Translations under genes and position numbers: made by a program
Origin: Azolla caroliniana
Taxonomy: Eukaryota; Plantae; Polypodiophyta
Reading direction: 5' to 3'
Length of the DNA: 64,000 nt
Assembly (NCBI GenBank): GCA_043228905.1
Contig: JBHGNT010000003.1
Coordinates: forward strand, 1,426,001 to 1,490,000
The notes under the pieces: model-generated
What the model was told of the DNA's origin: nothing
Database searches by the model: none
What the model saw: only the letters and a program-made list of their open reading frames with translations
Shown here: positions 24,901 to 39,235 of the stretch, piece after piece
How the letters are laid out: every line of letters begins with the position of its first letter
Numbering within the stretch: position 1 is the first letter of the stretch

Positions 24901-27900
24901 CTTAAAATATTAAAATTAGGCTTTAAATGGTAAAAAAATATTTAAGAAAATGATCAAATGTCAATCCTGAACCATCAAACCGTTTGAACCGTGATTTCAA
25001 ACCGTTGATACCAAAAACTGTTAAACGGATAAAGACTCAAACCAAACCGTTTGCTAAAACCTGAACCTGAACCGAACCATTTAAAACGTTAAGCCGCAGT
25101 TTTGCGGTTTGGTTTGGCTCAAACCGAACAGTTGCCGATTGCTAAGGAGAAGGTGACATACACCCTACACATCTAGGGGTAACATTCTTAGGATCTCAGT
25201 TCTCTCTAAGGGAGTTTGCTTATGCTCAACTTTCACGTAAACATACAGTCCTTGGTGCCCTTGAGAGACAATTTGCATATATATATTTCCAAGGACCACA
25301 AACTAAAGTGTGGTGGTTAGATATACTCGTAACACCAACTCTTGTATACTTAACAGAAGTTTAAGGACTGAGCATTCAGTGGTTCATGATGGTGCTAATT
25401 GCTTGGCATAAGCACTTGGGAAATAGAGTGGCTGTAGATCTTGCTGCAATGACTTGTTCTGTTCATCCCCTTGGCGGGATCTAGTTTATCAAAAGGGTTC
25501 CCGTTAAGTGTTCAAGGAAAGAAATCTTGTGGCAAGCTTCCTAAATTTGAAATCTCCAAGCAAGATGACATCTGCATCTCTGGAAGATACGAAACTTCTG
25601 TTTCAGAACATTTCTGGTTATCTATATGTTTATGCTCATGATTACTTTCATTTTCAAATGTACCAACTTATTGTTTTGTTTCTATACAATATTCACAGCA
25701 AGCTTCCATACTTCTTGGTAAACTAAAGCAAGCATTAGACCAACCAGATGTTCATTCAGCAGTGAAGCCCTCAATGGATGCACTAATCAAGCCAAGCCTT
25801 CTAAAACATCAAGATGAAGCTGTGAGGTTGTTAGTAATAAAATGCGTAAGTGAGATCATAAGGATTGGCGCTCCTGATACTCCATTTTGTGATGATACAT
25901 TGAAGGTAACTTTTAATTGCATTTCTCTGCTTGCATACATTTGGTGGCTAACTATGGATTTCATGCAAATATTTTGGTGGTTTATGTTCTCTTGCAGGAA
26001 ATTTTCTGCATTATTGTTGCATCATTTAATGGCTTCAATGATATATCCCTTAATTTGGGTTACTTGCTCTTGCAGGAAATCTTTCAGCTTATTGTCTCAT
26101 CATTTAAGGGGTTGAATGATAAATCAAGTCCTGACTTCCATATAAGGGTGGGCATTCTAGAAATAGTGGCGACAACTAAATGTTGTGTTGTTATGCTGGA
26201 CCTACAGTGTGATGATCTCATTTTGGAAATGTTCAGAATCTTTTTTCAAACTGTTAGGTGATGTTTTGCGAATACACTATCTTTATACTCTTCACATTTT
26301 CTTGTAAGATTAGATGTACAAAACTATTGTAGTTGTAGCATGTGTTCAGTATACTAAAGTCACGTGTGTGCTGTACTCTATAGTGAAGAACCAAATTATG
26401 TACATGTTGCAACAAGGGCCATTATGTGCTTGATCCTAGAAGAAAGTGAGGAAATTCCTTCACAGTTAATGGAGGTGCTTTTGCAAAACGTTCTTAATAC
26501 AAGAAAGGTGAATTGCGTGATTCATCATATTTATATATCCGTGTAAAAAATGTGTATATATATCTGTAATAGGTCCAAGTATTTGACCGTAGTAGAGATA
26601 GAATTATATATGAATATACATGTATTTGAATGTAAATGTCAAGATAAACTTCTAGATGAATATAAATGTTGTAAGAAAAATACATACTCATTGTGCATAC
26701 GTATGTGCATTCTTGTGTTTGTACATATGCAAATTGTTTCTGTCAGTACATGCATGTGTGCATAGATGTTTGTATGTATTTCATGCCCTTTTGAAAACCA
26801 GATTCTTAGGCACATGTCTAAGTGTGAATGCCATTTGTTAATGTGTATAACAATTGGCAATGGTTCAGTTCGGTTTGAGAGGGTCCGAACCGAACCGTTT
26901 AAATTTTCTGAAACCTGAACCAAACCGAACCGAACCATGAAATTGTTAAACCAAACTGTTAAACAATTTTCAAACTGTTAAACCATTAAGCCATAAAAAC
27001 CGCGGTTTTATGGTTTGGTTTCGGTTTTCAACATAGGTCAAAATTTTAAATTTTTTTAAATTTATAATATTTCATTATTTAAAATTTTTAAGATGTTCCT
27101 AAAATATGAGAATAGGGTCTAAAAATGAAAAGATTGTTCAAAAACAATTTTTAAAATTTTTTACAAAATTAAAAAAAAACCCCGTTAAACCGTTAAACCG
27201 TGGTTTCTGGCTGCTAAAACCGAACTGAACTGTTTTAAAAAATTTTAACCTGAACCGAACCGAACTGTTGAAACCGTTAACCCACAGTTTCGTGGTTCGG
27301 TTCGGTTTGTTGTCGATTGTTAAAAATGTGTATATATTTAAATGTAAATTTAGAGATGCATATCTGTTATATATATATATATATATGCATGTATGTATGT
27401 ATGCATGCATGCATGTATGTATGTGTATGTGTATGTGTATGTGCATGTACATATGTGCATTCTTATGTTTATATCGATACAAATGTTGTAATAGTTTGTG
27501 CATGCATGCCTACCTGCCTGAATAGTTTCTGTATGTGTCTTATACATATATTCTATCATATCATGCATGATATAGAGGCACCATCCATATTTTGAAGTTC
27601 AGAATCTTAGTGCTTATACTAAAGCAAAAAATGCCACTGAAATCTCAGGGAGATGTAAAGATGTGCTCTATACTTGCTGGTGCAGTGTTGGGGCGCTGCG
27701 CTAAGAAGTTGGGCCCAGCAGCTCAGGCTTTTCTGTCTCAAACATCTTCAAAACATGAGTGGCAAGAGAGCTATAATGACTTGATTTCTGCAATTTATAC
27801 ACATGCTCCGTCCTTGCTGTTCGAGATTTATACATCTGCTCCAAATTTGGTTGTCTCTGTGATACCCATATTGGTAGATGAGCTTCTGGTATGCGCCCTT

Positions 27901-30900
27901 TTATGCTCTTATCATATTGTTAACCACTCTTTTGCATTGTTTTCCTAACTGATCTGACTGTTGTGATGCAGAGTGATCAGCTAGATATCCGGTTGAGAGC
28001 TGTTAGGGCAGTTAGTTGGCTGTTCTCATTACAAAATGGGTCCTTGCCAGATGGATTTGATCATTTACATGAACACTTCATTAAAAGGTTCTATGATAAT
28101 GATGCTGCAATAAGGCTGGCTATGATTGAGGGTGCTAAAAAATGTCTTCTTACTGATCACTTTGTTGGAGCCATAGAATTGCTCTGTGAGTACAATTTTC
28201 ATGCACATATTTCTGATCATTTTCTCACAGCAGAAGCAAAGGTAGGCTGCTAAATTGTTGTAGATAAAATATAAGGTCATTACTGGCAGGTGAACTTGGT
28301 AAGCTCATTGGAGATAATGACTCAGGGGTCAGACTGTCTGCTATTGAGGCCGTCTGTGAATATGGAATTTCTAATCTGAACCTTATATCTGTCAAGGAAG
28401 GAAAACATTGTTTGACTGCTGTGGGAATCGTGTGGATAGATGCATTGAAGAAAGTAGCAGAATGCTTACAAGATGCAGAGGTCAATACAAACCTTTGAGT
28501 AATCTTTCACTGTTTGGTTTCTCTCATGGTATTGCTGTTTCTTGTGCTAAAATAAGTACAATTTTAGCAGATACTCATTCGACGGAAAGTGATAGAATGG
28601 ATAACAAGTTTGTATAGGGCATTCTGTTTAAGAGAGGTTCAAGGGTGGACTTTTGTTCAGGAATTTCTTAGTTGGGTTCCAAGTAAGTTGATCAGATATG
28701 ACAGCGACCAGAAAGAGTTCAGGTTTGTGAAAAATGAATAATCTGCCGCGTGTTTAGCTTATGCAGTCCTCAATCATAGCCATTCACCAAGTAATTATCT
28801 GTATTCAGGACACATGATATTGATTTGCTTCTTTCAGAGCAGTTGTTCCCTCATGGATTTCCTGTCAATGAAAGAGTAAAGTGCTGGATATCGTTTTGTG
28901 TTGCTTCAAAGGAGGAGGTTATTTATTCACTTAAACGCTTTTTACACCAGAAACGAAGGTCTGGCGGGAATGTATTGTACCTTTTAATATATCCTAACAG
29001 CAGTTGAGGCTTTGAATCTTAAATTGTTTTCTTCTCCTTCACATAGGCTGCAGCAAGAAATGCGTAACTATTTGCTCGTTCAAGATAAACAAAAGTGGAA
29101 GGTATGAACTTTAATACTTAAGTATGCTGCTTCTCGCGGTCTTTGATGAAATTATGCATTTTGTATGCCCAGGGTGAAGAGAGTGAAGAAACGAAGAGAG
29201 CATCACGTACTTCTTTCAAAATTATAGCACGTTCATATTTGGAGCCTGCAAAAGCAGAATCAGATATTGCAGAATTCTTCATGCAGCTACATGATACTGA
29301 TTTGCTGAAACAGTTTACTACATTGTTGGAACCAAACACTAGCTTCTCTGAGTCAATGTCTCTAGTGGTATAAGCAGACATCATTTGTGTGTTATGTATT
29401 TTGCATTATAGTTGTTGAAATCCTATAACATATTTACATTAAATTTATTTTAGGAGGGCTTAAGAAGTCGGCTAGGAGGGCACATTGTTAGCCTTCTGGC
29501 TTTGAAGTGTGCTAATTTGCTTTTTGGAAAAGAACATTTACAAGCTTTGTTTAAAGAAATAGCTGAGTATAAAAGGTTGGGAGATGAAAAGATGCTTGAA
29601 GCTAGCATGGGTGTACTTGTGGTATGTATCTCAACAAGTTACTGTATGATTGGAAAATAGTCACTTGCTGTATTCATTAGTTTTATGTATATGCATATCA
29701 GATATTTGTGAGCAGTTCTCCTAGCCTTCTTGGAGGCTTTGAAGGAAGTCTGCTGGAAATGTTTGAGGAGAATAAGAAATATATAAAGGAAAGTGCACTC
29801 CAGATTTTGGCAGTAGTCAGAGAGCGTTTGACAGAAGAACAATTGTAAGTTTGCCATTTTTTTCTTTGATGTGATGGGGAAATATATCTGCTATAGATAG
29901 TGTACGAATTTAAGTGACTGGTAGTATATTATATATTACCTGCACACATAATTGGGTGCGGTGCATGATATCGATTCTAAGGTATAGGTCTTGTATTATA
30001 TCAATTCCAGTGACTAATATTAAATTATATAAAACCTGCACACATTGTAGCATTGTGATACTGTATCTGGCATAGATGGTGATGATATCATTTCTAGTGA
30101 TTGGTATTAAATTATATATGACCTGCACACATTCTTTAGGATTTTTTATTTCTGGTATTGTAAGATATTTTGTATACATTTAATATATTTAAGGTTGACG
30201 CTTTGTCTCTTTGCCATCTATATTTCATAAACATGTATCATGGGTCTATAGCATTATTATTATTATGACACTACTGTAGATTTTAGCTTTCTTGAGTGAG
30301 TTTCTCTCTTTTTTGTATTCATGAAAAATGTATTGATATCATGCTATTGTATGTTTGAGTTTTTTGGCTTTTTTATTGGTGTCAATTAAACATTTCTTTC
30401 TGTTTCCCTATTCTCCATTTATATGCCTAGAAGTTCATGCCCTACATAAAGTTATATGTAGTTACTATGATGACATTTTGAAGCCCTGTCTCATATGTTC
30501 ATTTGGTGATGGGAATGCTTGCTTATTGAGAAGCAATAACATAATTAAAGATCCGTTAATGTCCATTTATATTTTTCTAGATGCAAGATTGTTCTCACTT
30601 CTAACTATGAGTAGATTCTAGGCCAGATTGATGTATCTCTTTGTTGACAATCCAAAAACATGTGGGAGAAGCATAGTAACTGTCTAAATTATCTGCTCTA
30701 TGCTTCTGTTTGTCTGAGACTGTCTTATCTATATTCAACTTGTCAAATTTCACTTGGAATTTAGGTTATTTTCCAATGTTTATAAATATAATATTCCATT
30801 CCATTCTATCGATAGGATTTACTCTGATATCAATCATCTGGCCCTCATATATGGACATACATTTATGCTTTGTGCTGCACAGTGTGATAGCGCGGCTGTG

Positions 30901-33900
30901 AACTTCTTCACATCAGCTAGAGATTGAGTTAGGCAGATATGCACAAATACCTATACAAGAAAGAACTTACCAATTGTGTCATCAGGTAGTGGAATGTGAA
31001 GAAAACTATGTTTGCCACTGTAGTGTCATTTATGAAATAAGAGGGACATATCATTGCCTCATTGCCTCTTTAAGGAAGGTTTGGCCCACTACGCAAGGTA
31101 ATGGAATATGAGGACCAATGAAGCTTTGGGCTTTTCTTGCTAGAACTCAAGAGACACAGGGAAAAGTTGTTGGACAGCAATACAGCCACATAAGCTCATC
31201 AACAAAAAACAATCAAAACTTTCTTTAGCCACATCATCCTAGTTCATGCTACAAATCAATCAGGGGCTACACAAATGGGCTCCTGACTAGGAAATAGTAA
31301 AGGGGTTACAATGGATTGAACAATAGCTTTTTGCCGTGTACATAGGCCCTGGCCTCATGGACCATGAGCTCACCACCCTTGTCATCAACAGATAAAGGCC
31401 ATATTATCTCCCACCATTGCAAGTGCTTCCCTCACTTTGGAGACCTCTCCATTATGGATTTACCTATGTGCTAGAGATCTTTTGAAGACAAAAAGTACAA
31501 TATATCTGATTTGGGAATCTTACAACGATAACAAGATTCTTTAGTCACTTTTTATCTTGTTCACTTATTTGCTTAGTAACACTTAATTTTGGTTTGTTAT
31601 TCTCAAAGACAAGATGCCACTTAAGATGTATCTCTTATTTGGCTAGAAGATATTAATATATCTTTCTTTCTTTCTGAGCTAACCCACTTGGAAACGCTAT
31701 ACGTAGTTGGACATGTAGAATAAAATTTTCACTCAGTATTACATTCACTCTTTGTGTTCTTTTATGAGGTGGTTTTAGATTCAACATAATCAATAAGAAA
31801 AATCTACATGTGTTTAGCTACTCGCTTATTCTTCCCATCTCCAGCGAATATATCCATGATCTTTTTTCTGATTCCTGTGCCAAATATAAATTGACATTTC
31901 TCTTCTTTTTTACTATATAATGTTATGTTTTGAATGTCTTTTCAGGTCGTTGGATTTCTTAGAAAATTTGTGCACCAATGGAAGCTGCAAACAAACCAAA
32001 TATGCATTACAGGTGCTCGCTAGCTTGTCAGGACCAAAGGTTTTCTCATCATTATTTATGGTAGGTCATCATTTTTGTTAGTTTTCAAAATCTAGCATCT
32101 GTTCAAAAAGAGTTCTTCCCCCAATTTTATGTTTTTTCTGAAACTTCATACATCTGTGTACAGAGGCTTGTGGATTGTGAAAGTGATGAAAATCTTCCAG
32201 TTAATGTGTTCGCTGTTTCCAGAACACAAGAAGAAGGCATTATGAATCTAATTGTCCAAAATTTTCTCAGGAATGAGGATGTAAGTGTGACAGTTACACC
32301 ATTCATAAATAGATGAAAGTTGACATCATTTGGTTTATTTGTCCATTCATTCACTAAATTGTAATGCAGAATGTTGGAGAAATGGGATACAATAATGTGA
32401 GCAAGACAACTAAGCTGAAGGTATCCTGTAGGTTGAGTATCATATTGTGGTCTAGTTCTCTGTCATCATAACCATGAGCATGATGATGATTTGGATTGGA
32501 CATATGAATGTCTTAACCGGATCTTTGTCGGTGTTAAATTATTTTGCTTCCTACTTCCAGAGCTTGGTGCGAATATGATAAATGTGAAGCCAAAGTGTTA
32601 TGTTGGTTGCATCACATAGTTTTTTATCCAAACTATTAAGCTTTGCTATTTAATTATTTTACAGATTTTTGCACTCAAGGCATTAGTGCGAGTTTATTGC
32701 ACAGCTATCAATCCAGAAGGCTTTAAGGAGTTATCTGGAGTTCTGTTAAAATTTCTTCATAGAGGGGAACAGTCAGATGGTATTGAATCAAGGTTGGCTG
32801 AACTATCCTTCAAGTTTTTGCGATGTGCTCAAAAGCTATGAAGATGCTTCATCTTCTTCTCAGTGAGTTGATAAATTCTTATTTTCATTATTGATTTGTA
32901 GCCAAGTTGATAAAGATCATCTACGGTTAGCAGCTGCACTTGCAGTATTATGTCTTTCAAAATCCTATGATACCCAAGTTCTGCCACAATTGTTCTACTC
33001 AACGGTTCAATGTGCTAGAGTAAGTGAACATTTGTATTTCATTTGATACAACAGTTGAATGGATGTTGTTATAGGGATCTCTGACTATCTAATCCATTTA
33101 ACAGGATCCCTCTATTTATGTTAGGGGTCAATTTTTGGGTAAGCTTGGCAAGCTCTTAGACCAGGGGCTTGTTAGCCATGTCTATGGTTTTGCCTTTGTT
33201 TTGGGCATTGATGGAGAAGAAAATGATTTGACAGAGGTAAGAGTTTGAGAAGGGATTTATTTGTATAGAAACACAAGCAGTGTAACTTATAACTTGTCAG
33301 ACAGGTCAGGCGCCAATTAGCTGATTTTATTGATGGCACACACCACCAAATATGGCTATGGAAAGCTGACACTTCAGAGCATTCAGAGACACCCTCAATA
33401 ACATACTACCCTGAATATGCCCTTTTTTATCTTGTCCACACCCTTGCCCAAGGGGTTACATTTCAAAGTATAAGTGAAGGAGGTCCAACTTTAGAAGCTG
33501 TACAATATGCTTTCAAGTAAGAGCTACATGTTATTCATGTGGTGAAACTAGTGATTATTTGTTTTATTTGGTCAGATTATGTAAAATATAACAATTTCTT
33601 CACAGGCAAATGTCGGTCTTTATTTCTGCATTGCTTAATTGGTATGAGGGAAGCAAACAAGAGAGAAATGAAAAGATTGGCCTGATTCTTGATATCTTCC
33701 GTAAAATAAAAAATGCAGAAGATGTGGTCGACACCTCAAAAACAGAGGCAAAAAAACTTCCAATGCTGCAAATTTTAATTTGGTTCAAGTTTTGTAACGT
33801 AAAAATTCTCACCGTTACTTATCCTTTGCATTTCTTGTTTCTGTTGCCAGAATAGCTATATCCTCTGTGATATTGGTATTGCCATAACTAAAGACCTTTC

Positions 33901-36847
33901 CAGGGCAGCATTTAGAAGTGTACCGAATATTGTACATGATATTCCTCTTCCATTATCAATATACAGGATCCTTGATGCCACTGAAGGTGACGGTCAGAAG
34001 GTAGGGCATTATGTAGGCGCTGATTATGACACATTGTTTATGTTCTAGCTTAACAGTTAATAACCTTGTACTAATTATTTATGTGCAGACAGATGGTTTT
34101 TATCTGCCTCCTCATCTTTTATCTGTGTTTCCATTGAAAATGAACAAGGTATATGGTTTTGGTGTTATCTTTTTGTTAATCAATCTTTGTCTTCCTGGTG
34201 GCTGATTTTGCTTGTTTGTCATGCTAGAATCTGGCTAAAAAGAGGAAGGCAGAAGGTGGTAATTATAAGAAAGTGCATCGCTTCAAACACAAAAGAGTCC
34301 TAGAGTCATCATCTCCAATGGAGAAACAACAAGTTGATATTGTTTCTTTAAAAATCCAGTCATCAGATGATGGATCAGTGTGTAAGACAAGGGGTAGTAC
34401 AAGCACCCCACCTGTTGAAAATTTGGGAAAAACAGAGAAGCCTCCTACAACAGATGATTTAGGAAAGCGTAAACGAGGCTGGAATCATAATGAAAATGGA
34501 GAAGCTTCTACTATAGATGGTATACAGAAGAATACAGATGAATCCTTGAAAAGTAGTGGGCATAGGCGCACAAGAGGAAATGTTTCAGTTGTTGAAGATC
34601 TGGATCAAGGCTCCATTTCAGATCTGAAAGCTAATTCTCATTTAGCAACTGGTGAATTACATTCTGGATCTACAGGAGATCGAGTGCAGATTTCTATTAA
34701 AACACTGGAACCACCTGAAGAGCTTAAAAGTGAACCTTTTAAGCATGTCGATCCAGGCATCACAAGAAAAACACGTGGACAGCAGCGGGTATATATATTA
34801 TTTTTCGTATGAAATTGAGAGGTTAACAAGAGTTATTATTGCTATTTTTTATTAACTTTTTTGTTTATGATCAGGTTCTCGGTGTTTCAAAGTATGATAA
34901 AGAAGATGACACATTGACATGTCCTCGTGGGACACCCATGCGATCTGCAAAGAAGATCATGTCTTTAGGAAGTGAGGTATTTTCTTACACCTCTTAATTC
35001 AGTAAAACGTTTTACTTAGTTTTTTGGGTAATTTGTGAAGGATGAATTTCAGTTCCTTTCTTTTCTCTAAGTTCATGTATGAGCATGCTGTTCCTTTGAG
35101 TGGGAACAACTAGTCGATGAAATGGGCATTACAATATTTCACTCACTTTTGTAATTTTCTGAAGAGTCCTGCTTTAGAGGATAAAACAGCAAAAGCTTCT
35201 CCAAAGGATTTGGTTGGATGTCGAATAAGAGTGTGGTGGCCTATGGACAAGAAGTACATTTTCTCTCTCTACTGTGTCTATGTTGTAAGCATCTGTAAAC
35301 ATGTTGATGCCTGGATTTACACCATACATAATGATATGATTAATACATACTCGCACACGTGCATACATTATACACGTGCATGTATGGTTTTGATGTATGT
35401 ATGTATTTATAGATCCATGTAAATGCTCCCTTATTCTTGCTCAGGTTTTATCAGGGCGCTGTGTCATCCTACCATACTTCAACAAAGAAACACAAGGTTT
35501 TCTTCTCTTCACATGATTGTCATGCATTCAAGGTTTTATATTCTGGCTCTTTAGCATCTGTTGTTCCAGGTTGTGTATGATGATGGAGATGTTGAGGATT
35601 TGAGGCTGGAAAAGGAACGTTGGGAACTGATAGAGAATGTAATGCTATGCAGTTTTTGTTTGCAAATTTTCTTGTCAAAAAGAGAAGCCCTTCTTACTAT
35701 ATGTTTGCCGTATTTATGATGATGAATATCTTTTTTCTTTTATATCAGGATTACCAGTCAACACCATCATCCTCCATTCATGAATTGTAAGACACGGCTT
35801 TTTTAACTCATAAAGAGCAATGTTGCCTTTATTCTGGTATTACGAATAATGTAGTGGAAGCTAAGCTAGTTCGTGTTCGAAAAATTGGCAATATGCATCC
35901 CTATTCATTCTTTGATGCTTCATCAGCAAAGTCATTTGGTTTCGATACTTGTTTGGTGCAATTTTAAACTTGTAAGGTTGATATTTGTGCTTTGATATTG
36001 AATTATTTAGTTAACATTTTTCTACGTGCAGCCAATTGAAGAAAAGAGATGGAAAGAGACAGCCAAATAAGCAAGAGCAAGAGACAGAAATTGACGATGA
36101 AATGTAATCTTATTAACTTGTCGTAGTTTTAGTTGAAGATTTCAGTTATTGATCTTGGCTTCTTTCAAAATGACAAACATTTTTACGCAGGTCAAAAAAG
36201 CCATACAAACATAAGAAGCAAAAGGATGTCGATGAGTCGAAGAATGCTGTACGTGATAGAGAAGAAGAGTTGACTGATGAAAGAGAAGAATCTATTACAT
36301 CAGGTTCAGGTAAGGCAAATATTTTGTTTTTCAACCTTATGGTTGTGGAAATTTTGAATTTTTAAAGCCGTGTTTTTTTATGGAGCACTGTGAGGATTTT
36401 TATCTATTTAGAGCACATCTGATCCATCACTCAAGACTTGAACCTATTACTGTAAAAATTGCAAAACACAAAATTGGCCTGTACACCACCTTCATGTTTA
36501 CATGTATCCATAGTCTTGTATATGATGGATGATGTGCATAAAATTTCGATAATATTTCAGTGTTTAATTGAAAACATCTAATCTTGTTTTGAGTACACAG
36601 TTTCAATGGCTCGTAGTTCAGGGAAGAATGCCTCAACATATTTACGGGTTCGAGGTTTGCAGTCAGAAGACAGTCATTCGCCAACGGTATCCAAAGATTC
36701 ATCAGATGATTTGCCCTTGGTAATTAGAAAAAAATGTTGATGTTATTTTTCTTTGAAATGAGTCACTGGCTGAAGCTAATCAAAATCTTTCGTGGGAAAC
36801 ATGCACAGAGTGCATGGAAAGCTATGCGAAGGAAATCTCACCAATGA
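21994..36847 (+). CDS. PDS5: PDS5-like sister chromatid cohesion protein (HEAT repeats + Tudor domain), ~33 exons, ~1540 aa
   Basis: Exons include 21994-22122, 25699-25905, 26076-26257, 26384-26507, 27649-27888, 27972-28185, 28290-28480, ... 34228-34788, 35165-35253, 35445-35496, 35570-35638, ... 36601-36719, 36809-36847, and the full set splices in frame. Motifs LLKHQDEAVRLLV..CVSEIIRIGAP, VVMLDLQCDDLILEMF, HLRLAAA, YPEYALFYLVHTLA; Tudor LVGCRIRVWWPMDKKFYQG..VYDDGDVEDLRLEKERWE; terminal SDDLPLSAWK. Confidence 0.92.
23127..23566 (-). mobile_element. possible solo LTR in PDS5 intron 1
   Basis: Minus strand TGTTACAGG...ATGCTTACA with CTATAAATA and a pyrimidine-rich downstream part; no clean TSD. 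Confidence 0.45.
24617..25144. mobile_element. hAT-type MITE
   Basis: TIRs TAGCAATCG...CGATTGCTA; subterminal AAACCG/CGGTTT repeats; AT-rich core; flanks GAGAGAAG/AGGAGAAG (6 of 8 match). Confidence 0.8.
26848..27322. mobile_element. hAT-type MITE related to the 24617 copy
   Basis: TIRs TAACAATTGGCAA...TTGTCGATTGTTA; AACCG repeats; AATGTGTA on both flanks (2-nt offset on the right). Confidence 0.8.
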
Positions 36848-39235
36848 AATACTGGTGGAGCACAAACGTTTTGTGGCATCAAATATATGAAGTTGTGTGT
36901 AACAAGGCTTATTGGGTGAATTGTTAGCACTCCTGTAGTTGAATTTGCCTGGTTTACATTTTTATTGTGAAATTGTAGAGGGTTCTTTGAGATGCGGGTG
37001 ATGATGACCGTAAGGGTCGATTGTTGTATCATATTGGCTGCTTTCAGTCAAAGGAATGTATAAATATGGATAATGCAATGTGCAATCTTTCCATTATTAA
37101 CAGGTGTATAAAGAGATTTCACTTGGGCAATGTATCCAAGATTTTTTCATTGTGGGAGTTCAGTTCTCTTGGTAGTAATCTTTGATGGTTTCAAATTTCA
37201 ATATGTTCGAGCTTGTTGGCAGTCTAGAAGGGACATGTAACTGAGCACTGTGGCAAACACATCCAATGAGACCCTATATGGTGTCTCTTAGCCCATCAAC
37301 AGCCCTAAGTCACAATATGCGAAAATTTGGGATCTTTGTCCCTTCGGCTGCATTGTAATTACACCCCAACCCTGCACCCTTTTGGGATGACATGCTGTTT
37401 GTGTACACATAGTATAATGACAATAATGACACGAGAAGCAGATCATCTCCGTCCCAATTATATGGGAGACGAGCTACCTATTGCATTCCTAAGGGTGCAC
37501 ACTCAATCTCCTCAAATAACCATGGCTCCACTATCTATGTTGGAGGCCACCCATTTCTATCCCTATGCTAGCTAGTTCTGCATTTATCAGACCAAGGTGC
37601 ATATTCATTGCTCCTAAAATAAAACTGAACTAGCACTACATGTTTTCTTCCACTTGTGGCAAGACAAATGCCAAGAGCTTCCACTAACTAAGAGCTCTTA
37701 GCACCTTGACCTTGACCATCATATGCTCGACAACCTAGACTAAGTTGAAGTCAACACATACTTGTTTGACCAAAGACAATATCCTTACTTGAAACCAAAA
37801 TTCTTCAAGTTGTGATTAGTACCACTTGCATTGCCTAGATTGACTTCCCTACATTTGACATTCAACCCAATAAAACTTGGCCTCACATTTGAGTTGTTGC
37901 TGAATCTAACAAAACCTTGTGATGCCCTAAGAGATGGCATTATATCAATGTGTCAAAACAACCACGGTTGAAGAGATCACATTGGAAGACTTGCACAACA
38001 TATGATCCCTCGGTGTTACTGCCATTATCCTACAATTACAAGGACGTTTTTGCCTTATCTCTTTTTTGGATATAAAGGTCTTTGGTTCAAATCTCTCTAG
38101 CCTATGCTACATTCCATGTCTCTTTCTTTTAACCACATTTTTCTTCTTGATTTTTCTAATTGTCGTCACCATGATGATAATGTTTAGCTTGAGTTGTTTA
38201 TTCTTGTTGTCATGTTGTTTATTCCAATCTTGAGGCACTTGTCATAGTGGATGTTGTGTGTTGAGGAATATCATGATGCCTTACTTGAGTTTAAACCCAA
38301 TATAATGCATCTTGTCTATTGGCAATGGCATGTTGTTCAATAACAATTGTAGTATGGATGCGATTGTAATGAGTTGAACAAGGTCAAAGATATATTGTTC
38401 TAACACCAAAGCCCTCTAACCATTTCATTGACTGAATTTGCAACACACTCACATGCTACATTATCTCGCCGACTTCGCATTATCTTTGCATGTTTCTATT
38501 GACCCCACTCCATTCTCTAGGATGGAGTAGGAAGATAAGTCAATTCCAAATGTTGAAGATTCTACTCTCTTAGGCCCTAGACTTGCATGCAGTAGATTAC
38601 AACAATCAATGCCTTAAACACTGCAATAAAGACCAGATTGATGCAAGTTTGCAACTATCTACGATCCCAAGTGGTATCAAGTGATGTATTGTGCTAGTCA
38701 ACAATTATTCCCAATCACGTGAAATTACTCAACCTTTGAAGTGGGAAGATTGCAGAATTATCTACTATGACTATAGTAAGTTTTATCACTATTTTCTCAG
38801 CAAGAAATTATTGTTCTAAGTTTGGAGTGGTTTAAGCATTGTGCTTATCCTCTGTATTAGAACGCGACTTAAGCATCATTTAAAAATAATTTTCAACATT
38901 TCAAATGAACACTTTTAACTAATGATATATATGATCATCACACATAAGCAACACAAGAAATAAATTAATGACATCAAAAGGGAGGTCATCGACTTGAGAG
39001 TTATCATTTTCACATTAGCTATAATTCTCTAGAGTATAACATGTAAATACCAATTTTCTTAATGCGAGTGTGGTTCCTTACGTTTTTTTAAATTGTTTAG
39101 TTGGAGTGCAAAATTTGAAAGAGAAATATTTTCTTTATTCACAAAAAATCGTACAAGGGCAAAAGTTTGCACTTTAAGAGAGAGTAGAATCTTCTTGAAA
39201 TGTGATATAGACAAAATTATACATTAAATAGTGGG

